Source: Malacoraja senta
Taxonomy: Eukaryota
Assembly (NCBI GenBank): GCA_038087875.1
Contig: CM075992.1
Coordinates: forward strand, 4,900,001-4,964,000
Reading direction: 5' to 3'
Length of the DNA: 64,000 bases
In this document: positions 24,931 through 38,858 of the stretch, piece after piece
Position numbering within the stretch: the stretch's first letter is position 1
Layout: each line of letters starts with the position of its first letter
The notes under the pieces: generated by a model
The model's database searches: none
What the model was told of the DNA's origin: nothing
The model's input: the letters and a program-made list of their open reading frames with translations, nothing else
Position numbers and translations under genes: made by a program

Positions 24931-26869
24931 ATGTACTTGGTGTTTTACTCAGGATTCCATCATCTGCAATACCTAGTGTCTCCACAATATGCAGACCTTC
25001 CATTACCTAGCTTGTAATAGTTTTCTTCAAATATAATTTTTTTCAAATTTAAGAATGGCACCCAAGCCACCCAACTCTCTGCCTGCTGGTCCCAGAATTG
25101 GATTTGCAAACCATCATTACTATCACTGCACTCTCTTAAACCTTTCCTCCAACATCAGCATTTCGTAGTCTAACTATGCTGTCTGTACACTGTGGATGGC
25201 TTGATTGTGCCTTCTGCAAGTGAGCAGATAGTGGTTGAAGCATAATGCCCGCAACATCCCATTGAAGATAGGCACAAAGTGCTGGAGCAACTCAGCGGGA
25301 CTGGCAGCATCTCTGGAGAGAAGGAATGGGTGACGTTTCGGGTCGAGACCCTTCTTCAACTGTACCGAGGGATTTGTGTGTTTAACCTGTACCCTGAATG
25401 TGGCTTTCATGTGAGGGATAGCTGGCCTCTTAATTACGACTCAGACTTCTTTTCGTCTCCATCTTGTTACAAATGTTGGCCTCGCTGTCATCGTCCGTCC
25501 TGAAAAGGACAAAGGACATTTATTGTCACATACACCAACTGGTGCAGTGAAATTTGAGTTACCATGCAGCACACAAATAAAATAAACACAACACTTTAGA
25601 ATTTAACATAAAACATTAAAAAACATCCTCCCACAGTGGAATCAACGTTTCCCACTGTGAGGGAAGGCAACAAAGTTCAGTCATCTTCCTCTGTTCACCC
25701 GTGGTCGGGGCCTATTGAGGCCTCCGCAATCGCCGCAACGGTGGCCCGATGTTTCAGGCCCTCGAACGGAAGAACACAAGGACGCAAGCTTCTGGCGACA
25801 ATCAGTGGGAGCCATCACTTGTCGCAGGTGATGATGGTGGTAGCAAAATTACCTCAGGATACTTCCAGTTTCCAGCCCCGTGACATAAACAAATGAGAAA
25901 AACATTTTTCACACAGAGAGTGGTGAATCTCTGGAACTCTCTGCCACAGAAGGTAGTTGAGGCCAGTTCATTGGCTATATTTAAGAGGGAGTTAGATGTG
26001 GCCCTTGTGGCTAAAGGGATCAGGGGGTATGGAGAGAAGGCAGGTACAGGATACTGAATTGGATGATCAGCCATGATCATATTGAATGGCGGTGCAGGCT
26101 CGAAGGGCCGAATGGCCTACTCCTGCACCTATTTTCTATGTTTCTATGTTTCTATAAACGTTTCTGCTATGGGGACACGACTCAGACTGGGACAGCTTGA
26201 AGAAAATCACTTGTAGCTGTGGTGAGTTTCTCCAAATGGTCGGTTCATTCAGGCTTTATTGCTGCATAGAATGGAGTGTATGTGTAGGAAGGAACTGCAG
26301 ATGCCAGTTTAAACCGAAGATAGACACAAAAAGCTGGAGTAACTCAGCAGGTCGGTGAGCATCGCTGGAGAAAAGGAATAGGTGACATTTAAGGTCGACA
26401 CCCATCTGGAGAAGGGTCTCGACCCGAAACGTCACCGATTCCTTTTCTCAAGAGATGCTCTCTGACCCGCTGAGTTACTCCAGCTTTTTGTGTCTATAAT
26501 GGAAAGTAATCCTGAGATTACTCTCCATTATTCTAACGTCCCAAAAACCTTCCAGTGCTTCTAAGTTTTTGTTTTGCAATATTTATAGAAGGATTCTACA
26601 GGTGCACATTAAATCACCACAATCTTGATTTACTTAATTGGGGATAGTAATCATTAGTTATTGATTTACATGGGTCTTGCAATTACACACCCATCTTGTA
26701 GACAATGTCTCCTTCATTGTGGACCTGCATTCCTGCCCTTATCATATCTTGCTTATCCCGTGAATAGCCCTACATTGTAACTGCCACACATAACTACCAC
26801 TGTTCAAAAAGACGGAGGCGGAAGAACCTGGGGACACCACAGTGGCACAGCGATAGAGCTGCTGCCTTA

Positions 26870-27076
26870 AGGGCCTGTCCCACTTGGCCGTCATTTACGC
26901 GTCACGCAGATGGCGCGCAAAGGTTTTGGACATCACAAAATCCTGCGACGTTGCGCGCGGCCGCGCGTCACTGCCTATGTCATCACGCACCATGCACGCA
27001 TAATACGCACCATGCGCACATCGTATATGATGTAGCGTAAATTACGCGCAAATGACAGCCAAGTGGGACATGCCCT
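26870..27076. mobile_element. Harbinger-type MITE inserted in a SINE
   Basis: TIR AGGGCCTGTCCCACTTGGC; TTA TSD confirmed by the SINE empty-site consensus GCTGCC-TTA-CA. Confidence 0.88.
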
Positions 27077-28663
27077 TTACATTGCCTGACACCTGGGTTC
27101 GTTCCTGACTGCTGGTGCTGTCCGTATTGAGTTTGTACGTTCTCCTTGTGACCACGTGGGTTTTCTCCGGGTGCTCCGGTTTCATCCCACACTCCAAAGA
27201 CATACGTGTTTGTAGGTTAATTGGCTTCGGTAAATTTGTAAATTGTCCCGAGTGTGTAGGATAGTGTTAGTGTACGGGGTGATTGCTGGTAGGCGTGGAC
27301 ACGGTGGGCTGAAGGGCCTGCTTCCATTCTGTCTCTCTAAAGTAAAGTCTAAACTGCACATGTCGGAAATGGAGCAAAAACATAAAATGCTGGAGGAACT
27401 CAGCGGGTCAGGGAGCATCGGTGGAGGGAATGGACGGACAACATTTCAGATCTGAAGAAGGGTCCCGATTCAAAACGTCGTCTGTTGATTCCCTCCACAG
27501 ATGCTGTCTGACCCGCTGTGTTCCTCCAGCACTTTTGCAGCCCAGGGACTTGCCCATTCTAATCACTGCACAAATCTTTTCTAGTGATTTTTCATTATCT
27601 TCACTAAGTTTGCTTAATTTCCCATCATCCTTTTCCAGTAAGGCATTTAGATTGATCATATTACAAACTTGCACCATTTTGTTATTTAGTTTAGTTCAGA
27701 GATACAGAGCGGAAACAAACCCTTCGACCCACCGAGTCCACGCCAACCAGCGATCCCCACACACTCACACTATCCTACACACAGTAGGGACAATTTACAC
27801 ATACACCAAGCCAGTTAACCTACAGACCTGTACGTCTTTGGAGTGTGGGGAGAAACCGGTGTGGGGAGGTCCCGGAGAAATGCCACACGGTCACTGGCGC
27901 TGTAAGGCAGCAACTCTACCGCTGCGCCATCGTGCCGCCCATTATGATTTCTGGCCATTTCTTCTTCAAATGTCTGCTTCCTAAAGTTAAAAAAAAATGC
28001 ATGGCAGGAATGTTGCAGAAGTATAATTCCATCATAAATCATATTTTAATCCACCCTTGATACAGCAATTATATAGCTGTAACTTAATATGTAGCACCCT
28101 CGTCTGTGAGCGAAAGATTTGCAGATTCACAATTCCCCCTCTACCCACCCAGAATTAGAACACACATCTCAGCTAATCACTGCAGTATCAGTGATTAGGG
28201 AGTGGTGCATTGTCATTAGTGAACTTTGTTACTGAGATAGTGATCCTGGACTAATGATCCCAAGGCATGATCAGATCCTGCCATGGCAGTCATGCCTTTA
28301 TAGAGTCATAGAGTGATACAGTGTGGAAACAGGCCCTGAAGCCCAACTTGCCCACACCGGCCAACATGTCCCAGCTACACTAGTCCCACCTGCCTGCATT
28401 TGGCCCATATCCCTTTAAACCTGTCCTATCCATGCACCTGTTTCTTAAATGTTGCAATAGTACCTGCCTCAAATACCTCCTCCAGCATCAGTCCATACAC
28501 CTACCCCCCTTTGCGTGAAAAAGTTACCCTCAGGTTCCTATTAAATCTCCCCCCCCCCCCCCCCCCCCCCTTCACCTTAGACCTATATTCTCTGGTTCTC
28601 AATTCCTCAACTCTGGGCAAGAGACTCTGAGCATCTACCCGATCTATATTTATACCTCTATAA

Positions 28664-28870
28664 CAGGGGTTCCCAACCTTTTTCGTCCCGTTTACCCCTG
28701 GCAACTTTAATAGCACATAACAATGTTATTTCACTTATTTATGAACAACTAATGATGAACAGATTCCAGAACCAAACACAATCAGTCAATGAGAAAAAAT
28801 ACATACAAATCCAGAATCAACAAATTTACCCCCTGGGTAGGTGAACTTGACCCCAAGTTGGGAACCCTTG
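28664..28870. mobile_element. hAT (Charlie-like) MITE
   Basis: TIR CAGGGGTTCCCAAC; perfect 8-bp TSD CTCTATAA (28656-63, 28871-78); inserted in a CR1 fragment. Confidence 0.9.
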
Positions 28871-29796
28871 CTCTATAAGATCACCCTTTAGTTTAGTTTA
28901 AAGATGCAGCATGCATACAGTCCCTTCCACCCAACGAGTCCACACCAACCATCGATCACCTGTTTATATCAGTTCCACATTATCCCACAATCACTTCCAC
29001 TCCCTACACACTAGGGGCAATTTACAGAAGTCAATTAACCTACAAACCTGCTTATTATCTTTGGGATGTGGGAGGAAACCCGAGTACTGTGAGGAAACCC
29101 AAGCAGTCACAGGTTGAGTGTGCAAACTTCGCACAGACAGCACCCGGTCAGGATCGAACCTGTGTCTTTGACGCTTTGAGACGGCAACTCTAGCAGCTGT
29201 GTTAACGTGCTGCCCTTTAACTTTGGTTGAACAAAAAACATGAATCTGAAATTAACAATAAGGTTAAAAATCCTTCCTTGTTGGAAAAATCCTAACTGGT
29301 CATTAATATCCTTCTGAGGAGCTGCATAATGGATTATTGGAGTTTTGCTGTGATTCCGTTACAACATGTTTCCCCGCCCATTCCCACACTGACCTTTCTG
29401 TCGTGGGCCTCCTCCATTGTCAGTGAGGCCCAATGCAAATTGGAGGAACAGCTCCTCATATTTCACTTGGCCAGCTTACACCCTAGTGGTATGAACATTG
29501 ACCTCTCTAACTTCAAGTAACCCTTGCTTACCCCCTCTCTCCATCGCTGTTCTCTGACCAGTCTGACTGTCTCTGAGTACATTTTATCTCTGTTTGCTTT
29601 CCTGTTACCTTCTCCCAGCTAACTATGATCTATACATTTTCCTTGATCCCCATCCCCTTGTCCTGTTCTCACACCTTACACTTCCTTATCTATGAATCTC
29701 CCTTTCCCCTGAGTCTCGACCCGAAACATCGCCCATTCCTTTTCTCCAGAGATGTTGCCTGTCCTGCTGAATTACTCCAGCATTTTGTGTCTATCT

Positions 29797-30420
29797 GATG
29801 GTATACACGGCCGTGTTCTAAAAACCTGTGCGGACCAACTGGCTGGAGTTTTTACGGACATTTTCAACCTCTCACTTCTGAGGTCTGAGGTTCCCACCTG
29901 CTATAAAAGGGCATCAATTATACCAGTGCCCAAGAAGAGTAAGGTGACGTGCCTCAATGACTATTGACCAGTGGCACTAACGCCTGTGGTGATGAAGTGC
30001 TTCATCGGCTCTGACCTCCCTTCCATCGAGGGGATCTATCGCAGTCGCTGCCTCAAAAAGGCTGGCAGCATCATCAAGGACCCACACCATCCTGGCCACA
30101 CACTCATCTCCCCGCTACCTTCAGGTAGAAGGTACAGGAGCCTGAAGACTGCAACGACCAGGTACAGGAATAGCTACTTCCCCACAGCCATCAGGCTATT
30201 AAACCTAGCTCGGACAAAACTCTGAACATTAATAGCCCATTATCTGTTATTTGCACTTTATCAGTTTATTTATTCGTGTGTATATACGTATATAATGGTA
30301 TATGGACACACTGATCTGTTTTGTATTCATGCCTACTATGTTCTGTTGTGCTGAAGCAAAGCAAGAATTCCGTTGTCCTATCAGGGACACATGACATGAA
30401 ACTCTCTTGAATCTTGAATC
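29797..30420 (+). mobile_element. Rex1/Babar fragment with internal deletion
   Basis: [21 protein letters not shown]...VPKK...CLNDY is joined directly to LPSIEGIY...PSGRRYRSL; (TCTTGAA)n tail. Confidence 0.85.
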
Positions 30421-31087
30421 TATCTTCGGTTTAAACCAGCACCTGCACAACATGTAACGTTGCTTCACTGCCCTCTGATGGGAAGGGGGAATAGTTTTGT
30501 ATACTAATAATTTCTGTGCAATTGCACCACCTGCTGGTCAAAGTATAGAATAATAAGCAAAACACAAAGTGCTGGAAGAATCAGCGGGTCAGGCAGCATC
30601 TGTGGAGAGAATGGATAGGCGACGTTGCAGGCCGAGACCCTTCATCGGACTTTGATATTCACATTTTATTGTAACCCAATATCTAGAATCGTGAAAATTG
30701 GCCTCTTATAGATCCCTTCGATGGTGGGGAGGTCAGTACCTGTGATGGATGGAGCAGTGGTCACTATTTTAATTCATATTTCATTTTAACTGGAGCAGCC
30801 TGAACGAGGCACATTGTGGGATATCGTCTAAACAGATCTTTGACCATTGTGCCTTGTACCAACCACCTTCCATGAGGATAATTTCCAGTCACTTATTGAC
30901 GCCGAGCTAATGAGGGGTTATGTTTATCGATGGCCCAGTTAATCAATTATAATTGGCACAGATTGCAGGAAATATGACAGCTTATCTCAGCATTTGTAAA
31001 GGGAAAAGCGGATTAAGGTTGTCTCATGAGTCCTCTCTGCCCTTACCAACAAGACAGCGTCTTGTGTAAGAAATTCAGTTGCTTAAT

Positions 31088-31108
31088 TTCCGGTAAATGG
31101 TGACGTCA
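31088..31108. promoter_or_regulatory. STAT-CRE composite element
   Basis: TTCCGGTAA (31088-96), 4 nt spacer, then TGACGTCA (31101-08), inside about 400 bp of non-repetitive sequence. Confidence 0.45.
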
Positions 31109-32480
31109 AAAGATGGAGCAATCCAATAGCTTGGGGTAGAAGGTCATGTGGAGGTAAACTGCTGGAATCATAATCCAGATTGTGAATAATAAAGTGTAGG
31201 AAGGAACTGCAGATGCTGCTTTACACCGAAGATAGTCACAAAAAGCTGGAGTAACTCAGCGAGGCAGGCACCATCTCCAGAGAGAAGGAATGGGTAGTAT
31301 TTCGGGTCAAAGGGTCTCGACCCAAAACGTCACCCATTTCTTCTCTCCGGAGATGCTACTAGTGTGTGTAGGATAGTGTTAATATGCGGGGATCGTTGGC
31401 CGGTGACGACTCGGTGGGCCAAAGGTCTATCTCTAAACAAATACAAAATAAAGTAAACTGTATTATCATAGATGGCGTGTGAAAAAACATTAGATGTTCC
31501 TCTCACCCTGCCCACAAACTCTTTGAATCACTTCCCTCTGGAAGGCGACTCCGGATTGTCAAAGCTGCCACGGCCAGACATAAAAACTGTTTTTATCCAC
31601 GAGTAGTTGCTCTACTCAACAGCCAAAAATCTGTAGCCAACCTTTTTGGTATTTGGTATTTTGTTGGTTCACATGCTTGATCAATGGTGTTTTATCATTA
31701 ATGTTTTATTATTATTAATGTTTAGTGTTTTCAGAGTCATTCGTAACTGTCACTGTATGTCATGTTGTTACTTGTGGGCGGAGCACCAAGGCAAATTCCT
31801 TGTATGTGAATACTTGGCCAATAAACTTACTTACTTACTTCCTTATTTTCTAAGCAGATCTCTGAAGATTCCATGAACTGCAGATGCTGGAATCTTGAGC
31901 AAACCATCAAGTGCTGGAGGAACTCAGTGGATCGGGCAGCATCAGTAGAACAAATGGACCGATGACATTTTGAGGCGGGACTCTTCTAGACATTGCTTGA
32001 TCTAAAGAAGGATCTCAACCCGAAACAATGTTTGTCCATGCCATCCACAGATGCTGGCTGACCCTTGAGTTCTGCTAGCACTCTGTTTTGCTAAAGTGCA
32101 GATCTCCATCTGACCTCTCAACTCTTGGCTGGCCTTGTAGTGTGCAGAGAATTATTTTAAGGTTCATTGTGTTTGAATTGGTTGTGAGCCAGCAATGTTC
32201 CTGCAATAACCTAAAAAAGTATTTAGTACGGTGTTTACAAACCTGTTTGGCTGCTGCTGCTGCCAGCAAGAATTTGATTGCTCTGTTTTAGGACATATAA
32301 CAATAAAACACTTCTCTCTCTCTCTCTCTTAACTCTTGAAATATATTTTCCTTCATATTGCACAGCAGCAAACCCTGTGGCCTAATGCCTAGTTCAGTTT
32401 CAGTTTAGTTTATTGTCACGTATAGCGAGGTTCAGATGAAAGTTTTTGTTGCGTGCTAACCAGTCAGCAGAAAGACAAGA

Positions 32481-33303
32481 CAGTATAATGTGGATAAATG
32501 TGAGGTTATCCACTTTGGTGGCAAAAACAGGAAAGTAGACTATTATCTGAATGGTGGCCGATTAGGAAAAGGGGAGATGCAACGAGAACTGGGTGTCATG
32601 GTACACCAGTCATTGAAAGTAGGCATGCAGGTGCAGCAGGCAGTGAAGAAAGCGAATGGTATCTTAGCATTCATAGCAAAAGGATTTGAGTATAGGAGCA
32701 GGGTGGTTCTACTGCAGTTGTACAGGGTCTTGGTGAGACCACACCTGGAGTATTGCGTACAGTTTTGGTCTCCTAATCTGAGGAAAGACATTCTTGCCAT
32801 AGAGGGAGTACAGAGAAGGTTCACCAGACTGATTCCTGGGATGTCAGGACTTTCATATGAAGAAAGACTGGATAGACTCGGCTTGTACTCGCTAGAATTT
32901 AGAAGATTGAGGGGGGATCTTATAGAAACTTACAAAATTCTTAAGGGGTTGGACAGGCTAGATGCAGGAAGATTGTTCCCGATGTTGGGGAAGTACGGAA
33001 CAAGGGGTCACAGTTTAAGGATAAGGGGGAAGTATTTTAGGACCGAGATGAGAAAAATATTTTTCACACAGAGAGTGGTGAATCTCTGGAATTCTCTGCC
33101 ACAGAAGATAGTTGAGGCCAGTTCATTGGCTATATTTAAGAGGGAGTTAGATGTGGTCCTTGTGGCTAAAGGGATCAGGGGGTATGGAGAGAAGGCAGGT
33201 ATGGGATACTGAGTTGGAAGATCAGCCATGATCATATTGAATGGCGGTGCAGGCTCGAAGGGCCGAATGGCCTACTCCTGCACCTATTTTCTATGTTTCT
33301 ATG
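32481..33303 (+). mobile_element. CR1/HER1-type LINE, 5'-truncated young copy nested in a Rex1-like fragment
   Basis: Uninterrupted 240-aa ORF2 C-terminus (KCEVIHFG...[15 protein letters not shown]...VVNLWNSLP), 3' UTR and (TTTCTATG)n tail. Confidence 0.92.
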
Positions 33304-34634
33304 TAAAACATGATTACAATCGAACCATTTGCAGTGTATAGATCATGATAAGGGAATATCATTTAGTGCAAGGTAAAGCCAGCAAAGTCTCATCAAGGAT
33401 AGTCCGACGGTCACCAATGAGGTAGATAGCAGTTCAGCACTGCTCTCTGGTTGTGGTAGGATGGTTCAGTTGCCTGATAACAGCTGGGAAGAAACTGTTC
33501 CTGAATCTGGAGGTGTGTGTTTTCACACTTCTGTACCTTTTGCCTGATGGGAGAGGGGATAAGAGGGAATGACCAGGGTGCGACTCGTCCTTGATTATGC
33601 TGCTGGCCTTGCCGAGGCAGCGTGAGGTGTAGATGGATTCAATGGAAGGGAGGTTGGTTTGTGTGATGGTCTGGGCTGTGTCCACAATTTAATTTCTTGC
33701 GGTTTTGGATGGAGCCGTTCCCAAACCAAGCTGCGATACATGTGTGACTATGTGATATGATTATTATTATACTATTAGGATGACACAAAAGGAGGTCAAT
33801 GTGGCCTCTCAGGAGAGAAATACCATCAGCCTCATTCCCCCCTCTCTTTATTTCCTATAATCTAGAGATACATCATGCAAGAGGCCCTTCTGGCCACCGA
33901 GCCCATGCTGACCATCAATCACCCATTCACACTAGTTCTTTACACACTTGGGGCACTTTACAGAGGCCAGTTAACCTATAAACCTCTACATCTTTGGGAT
34001 GTGGGAGGAAACGGGAGAAAACAAAAAACATTGGAGCATTTTACTAGATTAAATGGGATAAATACTGGTGGAAATTCAGGATGTTTAGTGAATGCTGGCC
34101 TTGCTGGTATGTTAAAATGTCGGAACCCCCCCTTAAATTTAGTTAAATGTGCCAAAATGTATTCATGAGATATCAGCAGGCAGAGTAATTAGGCAAATAT
34201 ATTTGTTGCTCTCCAATCAAGGGCAAAGGAGTGAGTAGGAAGGAACTCCAGATGCTGGTTTATACCAAAGATAGACACAAACAGCTGGAGTAACTCAGCG
34301 GGACAGGCAGCATCTCTGGAGAGAAGGAATGGGTGACGTTCTGGGGATGGGCTCTCTCTAAGTGCAAAGGAGTGTTTTAATGATGGAGAGTGCTTACCGG
34401 CTTAAATTTTAAGCCAACTTCCCTCAAGAAATGTACATGGATGTGCAGGGAATAAGGGGGATGTAGATCACTTGCAGGCAGAGATTAGCTCAACATGGCA
34501 TCGTGTTCGGTATGGACATTGTGGGCCGTTTCCTTGCTGTACTGTTTAATGCTCCAATCTGCTCTTCTGGATGAGTATACAAGCCTCATTGCTCTGTTAT
34601 GAAGAGGCATCGGTGACTCCTCTCTGGTGCTGGG

Positions 34635-34733
34635 CCAATGTTCATCACGCAACCAACGTCACAGGGACAAACTTCACTTGCTCACTGATCTCAGTTTACA
34701 AAATGGCCGTTCTCTTTGAGTTGCTATGGCAAC
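34635..34733. promoter_or_regulatory. CCAAT / YY1 / RFX X-box cluster
   Basis: CCAAT 34635-39; CAAAATGGCCG 34699-34709; GTTGCTATGGCAAC 34720-33 (near-perfect palindromic X-box). Confidence 0.4.
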
Positions 34734-34843
34734 ACATCAGAGATAACATGAAAGACGCATTTACCGAACATGAAAGATGCTTTACCGAAGCAACTCCTTA
34801 GAGTCGTCAGGATCCACAGGTGACCAGTGGTTACAGTGTTGAG

Positions 34844-35434
34844 CAGGGGTGGGGAACCTGCGGCCTTAAGGCTGCATGCGGCCTTTGAGGCCATTAAGTG
34901 CAGCCTTTTGAATGAATCCAAATTTTGTGGAACAAATCCTTTTATTTTAATTTAAGAAGGATCTGCAGATGCTGGAAAATCGAAGGTAGACAAAAATGCT
35001 GGAGAAACTCAGCGGGTGAGGCAGCATCTATGGAGCGAAGGAAATAGGTGACGTTTCGGGTCTGGACCCTTCTTCAGACGCTGAAGTAGGGTCTTGACCC
35101 AAAATGTCGCCTATTTACTCTGCCTCACTCGCTGAGTTTCTCCAGCATTTTTGTCTACCTTTTATTTTTATTAATATGTTTTTGTTCGTCTTTTATTATT
35201 TTTATTTTTATCTTAAAATGAACGTATTTAAAATACCAACGAGTAAAAAAGATTCAACGAAATAATCCTCCCCGACTGACGGCCACAATTAAAACATTAG
35301 TAAGTCATGAGGGCTATTTTAACAAAATAATGTACATTTTGAAGTATATCTAATTGAAGTTTCTTGGATGCGGCCTTATTAGATTACAGCTAACTTGATG
35401 CGGCATTCCAACATGAAAAGGTTCCCCACCCCTG
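34844..35434. mobile_element. hAT MITE with a nested Penelope fold-back unit (about 34955-35160)
   Basis: TIR CAGGGGTGGGGAACCT; TSD GTGTTGAG/GTGTAGAG. Confidence 0.85.
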
Positions 35435-35445
35435 GTGTAGAGTAA

Positions 35446-36028
35446 AGGCTCTGTCTTACGTGTTTGCGGTCATCGGCGGTGAACCGCGGCTTCGCCTGTA
35501 GAGTGGACCGCACGGCAACGGCGAGAGCGCCGAGCCTATGCCACAGGAGCGCCGCACGGATGCTGCGCGGGGGCCGAGTGATTCAAATACGGCTGGTCCC
35601 ACGTGCTTGCGGTAAGTAAAAAAAAGGGCTGGCCGACTGCGATGACGTCGGCCCGCCGCACGTGACTCACGAGCGGCGGCTGTGGCGGCGGCCGTCCTGA
35701 TCGCGGCGCTGTAGCGGTGGCTGTGCCAGCGGCCGTGCCGCACACGTGCCTCACTGGCGGAGGCTGTGACGGTGCAAGTTCGACGCACGGCGCTCGAGCC
35801 ACACTGGCGGCGGCTGTGGCGGCGGCCGTGCCGCACTCGTGCATCACTGGTGGAGGCTGTGCGGTAGGAAAATATTTTTCAACAGTGTAGGTTTTATTTT
35901 AGCACCGTGCGGTGTTGGGAACAACGCCGCACGGCCCCGGAATTGTGCGTTCTCACGAGTGCGCGGTCTATGGCGGCAGATTCTTCCCGTTTCGCCGCCA
36001 ATGACCGCAGACTCGTGAGACAGGCCTT
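35446..36028. mobile_element. CpG-rich Harbinger-type MITE
   Basis: About 38-bp imperfect TIRs (AGGCTCTGTCTTACG.. / ..CGTGAGACAGGCCTT) with TAA TSD at 35443-45 and 36029-31. Confidence 0.75.
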
Positions 36029-36392
36029 TAAGTGTGACTCCTTAGGAGAGATGGGGAGAATGATCTAACTTGATTTATCTCTTCACCCCTGTAATGTATT
36101 CATGCATATTCATGTGTATGTTAATGAGTTGGTGTGCAATATAAGCAGGGAATGTTGGGTAATAAATCTGTCTCTCGTGATCCAGGCAACCAGTGTGTAA
36201 GTTGTTATTCATTCTGCCGTCCGGAATATAACAAAAAAATCCAATTGCAATCTTGGCTAAATGACTTACACCTGAGAAGGCAGGAACAATGCCAGCACAT
36301 CCTAATACTATCCTTATTTTGTCCTCACCCGAACACTTTGTGTCCTTTTGCATATTCACCAGCATCTGCATTTCTTTGTTTCTAATTGGAGA

Positions 36393-36885
36393 TACTGACT
36401 TACTTACTGCCTATTCAGCCTCCTGGCATGTCAGGCAGCAATGAAGGTCCTCCACTCCTGTCTGCTCTGGGCCAGCTTCTGGACACTACCCCAGGTCAGG
36501 ACCCTTCCAGTGTCCAGTGCAGGGCTACTGTTGGAATGCTGTCTGGTTCTCTTCTCAGTATATGGCCAATCCAGTTCTTTCACCATTGACATTCATCCTA
36601 GCATCTGTCGATAGCCCTGGAAGTCCATCACGCCCAGTAGTGTTGATTCCTCCAGTTGCTGTTTCCGTAACATATTTGTTTTACGAGACAGGGTTGTTAG
36701 CCCTGTGCTCAACCTCCAATCTGGAGGGCCAGTGGATCGCTCTCCATCTCGCCTCTACCCTTCGACCTGTCCAGCATGGGAGACCCTAACAGGAGACGAA
36801 TCTCCCGCTGGCACAGCTCTAGGGGTCACTGAGACACACAAGCTCCCCGACCACGACAAGGTTGCAATCCAACAGGGAGGGAGAT
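36393..36885. mobile_element. RTE-type LINE remnant
   Basis: (TACT)n tail with a minus-strand RTE-like 3' end, joined to an RTE-like UTR segment (GGGTTGTTAGCCC...CTGGAGGGCCAG). Confidence 0.45.
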
Positions 36886-38186
36886 ACTGACTTTCAATGT
36901 AAAGAGGCTGAAACGGAGTGACATTCGCCATGATCTTGGTGTTCATGCACGAATCATAAGTTAGCAGGCATGTCAAGGAGTAATTAAGGTAACGAACGTA
37001 TAAGCACTTTATACAATGAGGTTGGATCTCACGAACAGGGAGTTTTTGTTAGCGTTGTGCAATGCTCTAGATGTTGGCAAGTCCACGCCTGGAATATTGC
37101 ACCCAGATTTGCTCCTCTTATACAAGAGGTTTCAAGGTCAAGGCCAGCTTATTGTCACGTGTAATAATTAAGGTACAGTGAAATTCAAATGAGCATATTT
37201 GGGGAGAACGTACAAACTCCGTACAGACTGCACCTGTAGTCGGGATCGAACCCAGGTCTCTGGTGCCGCAAAGCAGCAACTCTACCGCTGCGCCGTGTTC
37301 ACAATTCACGAGTAATATGGGTCGGGCACAAAAGAATGTTTGACCTTGTGGACCTACTTCACTATACTGGAGTTTCAAAACTTGAAACATAACCTGCTTA
37401 CACCCAAAATCCCACAAGCATGATGAAATATCCATCGCCACAGCAATGTATTGCAGCAATCTGTCACGAGTAGCAAGCCCAATGCTGCAATTCAAGAACT
37501 GTCTTCAATTACTGTGCTCAGACTTGACTTGCATTTCTCAGGCAATTTCATTTGAAACAAGCAACTATATTGTGTAGGAAGGGACTACAGATGCTGGTTT
37601 ACATCGAAGATAGAAACAAAATTCTGGAGTAACTCTGCGGGACAGGCAGCATCTCTGGAGAGAAGGAATGGGTGACGTTTCAAAAGACAATAGGTGCAGG
37701 AGTAGGCCATTCTGCCCTTTGAGCCAGCACCACCATTCAATGTGATCATGGCTGATCACAGAAATCATGGCTGAGTTCAGGACAAGACCCAGTCTGAAGA
37801 AGGGTTTTGACCTAAAGCAACATGTATGCAGCTGTGCTACATACTTCAGCTTGCACTATGATTTGGTTACCTACTATAACTGAAATATACCACAAATTAT
37901 CATTAAATACTTCAGCAAGGGTTTGGTTCTGTTCCTGTTGCCTATGAGAATTTAACACTAGGCTCTAGAGCATTTTTGATGCAGTCATGATTCAATGCAG
38001 CAAACACCACTGCATCCATTGGCAAGCTTCCAACAACAATGACCAGAAATCTTATCACAAGAAATAACTAATTATACAATCAGTGGGTAGTTCATAGCAT
38101 GGAACTCAAGAGATGTTCGGAATTTAAATCCAGGGATGAATGGAATGTTTTGGGGATTGGGAATTGCCATCAACCCCAGTGTTTAC

Positions 38187-38858
38187 AGATTATGTAGATA
38201 GGGTGGTAAAGAAAGCTTTTGGTGTGCTGGCCTTTATAAATCAGAGCATTGAGTATAGAAGTTGGGATGTAATGTTAAAATTGTACAAGGCATTGGTGTA
38301 TGGTACAATTCTGGAGTATGGTGTACAATTTTGGTCGTCAAATTATAGGAAAGATGTCAACAAAATAGAGAGTGTACAGAGGAGATTTACTAGAATGTTG
38401 CCTGGGTTTCAGCAACTAAGTTACAGAGAAAGGTTGAACAAGTTAGGTCTTTATTCTTTGGAGCGCAGAAGGTTAAGAGGGGACTTGATCGAGGTCTTTA
38501 AAATGATGAGCGGGATAGACAGAGTGGACGTGGATAAGCTTTTTCCATTGAGAGTAGGGAAGATTCAAACAAGAGGACAAGATTTGAGAATTAAGGGACA
38601 GAAGTTTAGGGGTAACACGAGGGGGAATTTCTTTACTCAGAGAGTGGTAGCTGTGTGGAATGAGCTTCCAGTGGAAGTGGTGGAGGCAGGTTCGATTTTA
38701 TCATTTAAAAATAAATTGGATAGGTATACGGACAGGAAAGGAATGGAGGGTTATGGTCTGAGTGCAGGTAGATGGGACCAGGGGAGAATAAGTGTTCGGC
38801 ACGGACTAGAAGGGCCGAGATGGCCTGTTTCCGTGCTGTAATTGTTATATGGTTATAA
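38187..38858 (+). mobile_element. CR1-type LINE 3' fragment
   Basis: ORF 38140..38841 encodes the CR1 ORF2 C-terminus (LEYGVQFW...ERRRLRGDLIEVFK...VWNELP). Confidence 0.9.

Noticed and set aside
35446..36028. CpG island or gene promoter with Ala/Arg-rich ORFs
   Set aside because: Bounded by TIRs and a TAA TSD, so it is a MITE; the ORFs are GC-content artefacts.
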